Assembly (NCBI GenBank): GCA_963743525.1
Contig: CAVUQH010000003.1
Coordinates: forward strand, 384,001-448,000
Source: an uncultured delta proteobacterium
GTDB taxonomy: Bacteria > Myxococcota_A > Polyangia > Haliangiales > Haliangiaceae
Length of the DNA stretch: 64,000 nucleotides
Reading direction: 5' to 3'
The notes below the pieces were generated by a model. The model made no database searches. It was not told the origin of the DNA and was given only the letters and a program-made list of their open reading frames with translations. Positions 58,940-64,000 of this stretch are shown here, piece by piece. Each line of letters starts with the position of its first letter. The stretch's first letter is position 1. The translations under genes were made by a program, and so were the position numbers.

Positions 58940-60013
58940 TCACGATCCGCTCCACAGGCGGCTGCTCCGCTTCTCGCGCACCAGCAGCCACAGGAAGAAG
59001 CCGCCGCCGAAGATCGCCGTGATCACGCCGACCGGCAGCTCGTGGGGAAAGACGACCACGCGAGCCAGCGTGTCGCTGACGACCAGCCCGGCGCCGCCGG
59101 CCAGCATGGATGCCGGCAACAGCACCCGGTGGTCGGGGCCGACCAGCCCGCGCATCACGTGGGGCACGATCAGCCCGACCGCGGCGATCGGTCCGCCGAC
59201 CGAGATGCTGGCGCCGACGATCACCGCACAGGCGGCAAAGGCGATGCTGACCGCGCGAGTCACCGACACGCCGACCGACGCCGCCGCGTCCGGTCCCGCC
59301 GACAGCGCGTTGAGGTCCCGCGCCAGCCACAGCAGCGCCACCAGCCCGGCGCCGATCAGCACCGCCGCTCGCGCGACCTCGGGGTAGCGCAACAGCTCGA
59401 ACCCGCCCATCAGCCAGCGGATGATGCGGCCGATCTGATAGAGGTCCGAGGTGTGCAGCACCAGCATGCTGGCCGCCGAGCAGATCATCGCCACGGTGAT
59501 GCCGGCCAGGATCAAGGTGGCCGGCGGCAGCGATCCGCCGACACGGCCGAGGCGCCACACCAGGTAGGCGGCGACCGCCGCGCCGACCAGCGCCGCCGCG
59601 CTCACGCCGGTGGCGCCCAGCAGCGTGCCGTAGATGCCGAAGCGGATCGCCAGCACCGCCGCCAGCGACGCCCCGGACGAGATGCCCAGGGTGTACGGCT
59701 CGGCCAGCGGGTTGCGCAACACCGCCTGAAAGGCGCAGCCGGCGGCGGCCAGCCCGGCGCCGACCACCAGCGCCGCCAGCGCCCGCGGCAAGCGCGCGAT
59801 GACATAGATGCGCGACGCGTCGGTCTCGGTTCCGAACAGCCCGTGCCAGACGTCGCCCGGGTGGAGCACGTGCAGCGCCCCGGTCATGCGCGCGCCGACC
59901 AGCGGGCACAGCGCGATCGCCAGCGCCGCCGCGGCCAGCGCGATCGCCAGCGACAGCGCCATGCGCCGCCGGGTCAGCCGGCGCACCGGGGCGGCGAACT
60001 CGCCGCGGTTCAC
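58940..60013 (-). CDS. btuC: FecCD/BtuC family ABC permease
   Basis: RLPRAL, RNPLAEP.TLGISSGA, A.SVGV, GLIVPH and LPVG.ITA..G..FF motifs; adjacent to cobT. Confidence 0.8.
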   Translation of the reverse strand: MNRGEFAAPVRRLTRRRMALSLAIALAAAALAIALCPLVGARMTGALHVLHPGDVWHGLFGTETDASRIYVIARLPRALAALVVGAGLAAAGCAFQAVLRNPLAEPYTLGISSGASLAAVLAIRFGIYGTLLGATGVSAAALVGAAVAAYLVWRLGRVGGSLPPATLILAGITVAMICSAASMLVLHTSDLYQIGRIIRWLMGGFELLRYPEVARAAVLIGAGLVALLWLARDLNALSAGPDAAASVGVSVTRAVSIAFAACAVIVGASISVGGPIAAVGLIVPHVMRGLVGPDHRVLLPASMLAGGAGLVVSDTLARVVVFPHELPVGVITAIFGGGFFLWLLVREKRSSRLWSGS

Positions 60014-60798
60014 GGCTGCCCCGCGCGGTCGGGCACCACGAAGCGCGCGCCCGAGCCGGGCAGCGTGCCGACGTGCAGGCTGACGCCGAACGCCGTTGTC
60101 GCCGCCGGCGACGCCAGCACCTGGTCCGGCGATCCGTCGGCGGCCAGGTGCTCGCCGTCGACCACCAGCACGCGGTCGGCGAAGCGCGCGGCCAGGTTGA
60201 GATCGTGGGTCACCGCCAGCGCGGTGACGCCGTGCTCGCGGGTCTCGGTGCGCAGCGCCTCGAAGAAGCTCAGCGCGTGGGCCGGATCGAGCGACGAGGT
60301 CGGCTCGTCGAGCAGGATGATCTCGGTCTGCTGGCAGAACGCCTGGGCCAGCAGCGCCCGCCGCCGCTCGCCGCCGCTGATGGCGTCGAACCGGCGGTCG
60401 GCGAGGTCGCGCACGTCGCAGCGGCGCATCGCCCGGTCGGCGGCGTCGAGGTCGGCCGGGCGCTCGAGGCCCAGCAGCCCGCGCGGGGCGTGGGCGTAGC
60501 GGCCCATCAGCACCACCTCGCCGACGGTGAACGGAAACGCCAGCTGGTACGACTGCGGCACCAGCGCGACGTGGCGGGCCACCTGCCGGCGCGGCGCCGT
60601 CGCCGGATCGAGCCCGGCGCAGCGAATCGTTCCACGGGCCGGCGACATCAGTCCGGCGACCAGGTGCAGCAGCGTGCTCTTGCCCGCGCCGTTGACCCCG
60701 ACCAGGCAGACCAGCTCGCCTTTGTCGATCGTCGCCGACACCCCGTCGAGCACGCGGTGCGCGCCGTAGGAGAAGCCGACCTCGTCGAGGCGAATCAC
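60010..60798 (-). CDS. btuD: ABC ATPase (FecE/BtuD type)
   Basis: GVNGAGKST, ISGGERRR, LLDEPT and THDLNLA motifs. Confidence 0.8.
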   Translation of the reverse strand: MIRLDEVGFSYGAHRVLDGVSATIDKGELVCLVGVNGAGKSTLLHLVAGLMSPARGTIRCAGLDPATAPRRQVARHVALVPQSYQLAFPFTVGEVVLMGRYAHAPRGLLGLERPADLDAADRAMRRCDVRDLADRRFDAISGGERRRALLAQAFCQQTEIILLDEPTSSLDPAHALSFFEALRTETREHGVTALAVTHDLNLAARFADRVLVVDGEHLAADGSPDQVLASPAATTAFGVSLHVGTLPGSGARFVVPDRAGQP

Positions 60799-60820
60799 CC
60801 GGCGCTTATACCGCGAAACC

Positions 60821-61720
60821 TCACTTGGGCGGTTCGGGGTAGATCATCGCTTCCAGCCGCTTCAGCGCCTCCGGCAGCGCCGGGCTGGGCGACATGAACA
60901 TCGGATCGTTGGTGCGATAGATGCGGTGGTTGGCCAGCGCCGGTACCGACGGCAGGTCGGGCCACGTGCTCGGCGGCGCGTCGGCGGCGACGTGGGTCGA
61001 CTCGATGATGATCTCGGGCCGCGCCTGCAGGAGCTGCTCGTTGCCGATGTTGGCGTAGCGCACGCCGGAGGCGGCCATGGCGTTGCTCGCGCCGACGATG
61101 GCCAGGAGCTCGTCGATGTAGCTGCCCGGACCGGCGACCACCATGCTGCGCATCGTCTTGGGATCGCGGTCGACCACCGCCAGCACCACCGGGTGTGGGC
61201 CGTTCTTGCGGCGGGCGCGGGTCTCCTCGATCGCGCGCTCGATGCCGGCAGTCAGTGTGCGGGCCCGTTCGCCCGCGCCCAGGGCGTCGCCCGTCGCCTC
61301 CAGCCCGTGCTCGAGATCGGCGATGGTCTGCATCGGCAGCTCGAGGATGTGGAGGCCGGCGCCGCGCAGCACCGCCGCGGCGGTCTCCTGCACCCGGTCG
61401 AGCACGACCAGGTCGGGAGCCAGCGCCAGAATGGCTTCCACGTTGGGATCCGTGAAGCCGCCGACGCGGGGGAGATCCCGGGTGCCTTCGGGCAGCTGCG
61501 AGAAGCGATCGACCGCGACCAGCCGGTCGGTCGCGCCCAGGGCGACCACCATCTGAGTGGCGGTCGGCGTGAGGGTGATGACCCGGGTCGGGATCGCTGG
61601 TTCGACAGGTTTTTCCTTCCGTTGGCCGCATCCAGCAACGGCCACGAGCAGCGCCAGCAGGGGGGGGATCTGCACGGGGAAAACCAGCCGTCCACATGCC
61701 GCACTGCGGCGTACTTTCAT
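60821..61720 (-). CDS. btuF: Helical-backbone substrate-binding lipoprotein (BtuF-like); start uncertain
   Basis: RVITLTP..T..V.ALG, P.VE.ILALAPDLV and G..SYIDEL..I.G..N motifs; lipobox VAGC. Confidence 0.75.
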   Translation of the reverse strand: MKVRRSAACGRLVFPVQIPPLLALLVAVAGCGQRKEKPVEPAIPTRVITLTPTATQMVVALGATDRLVAVDRFSQLPEGTRDLPRVGGFTDPNVEAILALAPDLVVLDRVQETAAAVLRGAGLHILELPMQTIADLEHGLEATGDALGAGERARTLTAGIERAIEETRARRKNGPHPVVLAVVDRDPKTMRSMVVAGPGSYIDELLAIVGASNAMAASGVRYANIGNEQLLQARPEIIIESTHVAADAPPSTWPDLPSVPALANHRIYRTNDPMFMSPSPALPEALKRLEAMIYPEPPK

Positions 61721-61736
61721 CGACAGGGTCTCGCAC

Positions 61737-61817
61737 GTTTCCACAGGCTTATCCACATGTGTCTGCAAGGTGGCGAAACGGTGGCGGTTGCGCAACTGCT
61801 CGAAACAGTTATCCACA
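61737..61817 (+). promoter_or_regulatory. DnaA boxes
   Basis: Perfect TTATCCACA at 61749-61757 and 61809-61817; degenerate GTTTCCACA at 61737-61745. Confidence 0.75.
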
Positions 61818-61870
61818 CACAGTGCACACACAGAGCATAGGTTTCATCTCACGTTATCCTACTCATGAAT

Positions 61871-61917
61871 ACACAAGCTGTAGTAGCAGCGGAAAAATCG
61901 ACCCCAAAATCTAGTGG
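61871..61917 (+). promoter_or_regulatory. Tandem NrdR-box-like sites
   Basis: ACACAAGCTGTAGTAG (61871) and CCCCAAAATCTAGTGG (61902), 31 bp apart, upstream of an RNR gene. Confidence 0.65.
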
Positions 61918-62072
61918 TTTTTTTCTTGACCCGACCCCACCTCGGGAGGAATATGGCTTTCCTACCGGGGCGGCCGAATTTAGTTCCATTTCTGCCGTAA
62001 TTTTCAACGGATAGGGGCATCCGTACTGGGGTTCCTGCGCCTTTGCGCCGGACCCTTCGAGAGGGGGACTCG

Positions 62073-64000
<1,928 letters not shown>

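Noticed and set aside
61737..61930. oriC
   Set aside because: Only two perfect DnaA boxes and no dnaA, dnaN, gidA or parAB nearby; cannot be supported from this window.

Overview
High-GC chromosomal window with about 50 densely packed CDSs. It is most likely from a Myxococcota bacterium (inferred from Cys-rich lipoproteins, a Ser/Thr kinase-ATPase and sigma54 signals). Housekeeping genes include a Cys/Met PLP lyase, ppsR, ssb, rseP, uvrC, ftsK, lolA, gpmI, a btuFDC-cobT-like B12 salvage operon and class II nrdJ. No rRNA, tRNA, CRISPR array or transposase was seen. Main observations: (1) a radical SAM/SPASM enzyme with an MftB-like N-terminus overlapping a 68-aa membrane peptide with an NPNSSS motif, a candidate new peptide-modification system; (2) window-wide GTCGAC to GTCAAC/GTTGAC changes that hit invariant residues, pointing to a DNA-modification footprint or a modification-induced basecalling error; (3) a (GGGGAT)n tract plus large hairpin plus four-helix-bundle cassette; (4) a tandem active/pseudoenzyme pair of lipoprotein M18 aminopeptidases; (5) a subclass B1-like metallo-beta-lactamase beside a 69-bp duplication of the cobT 3' end; (6) a DnaA-box and NrdR-box control region shared by B12 uptake genes and the B12-dependent RNR. 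All family assignments come from motif recognition only; no searches were run.
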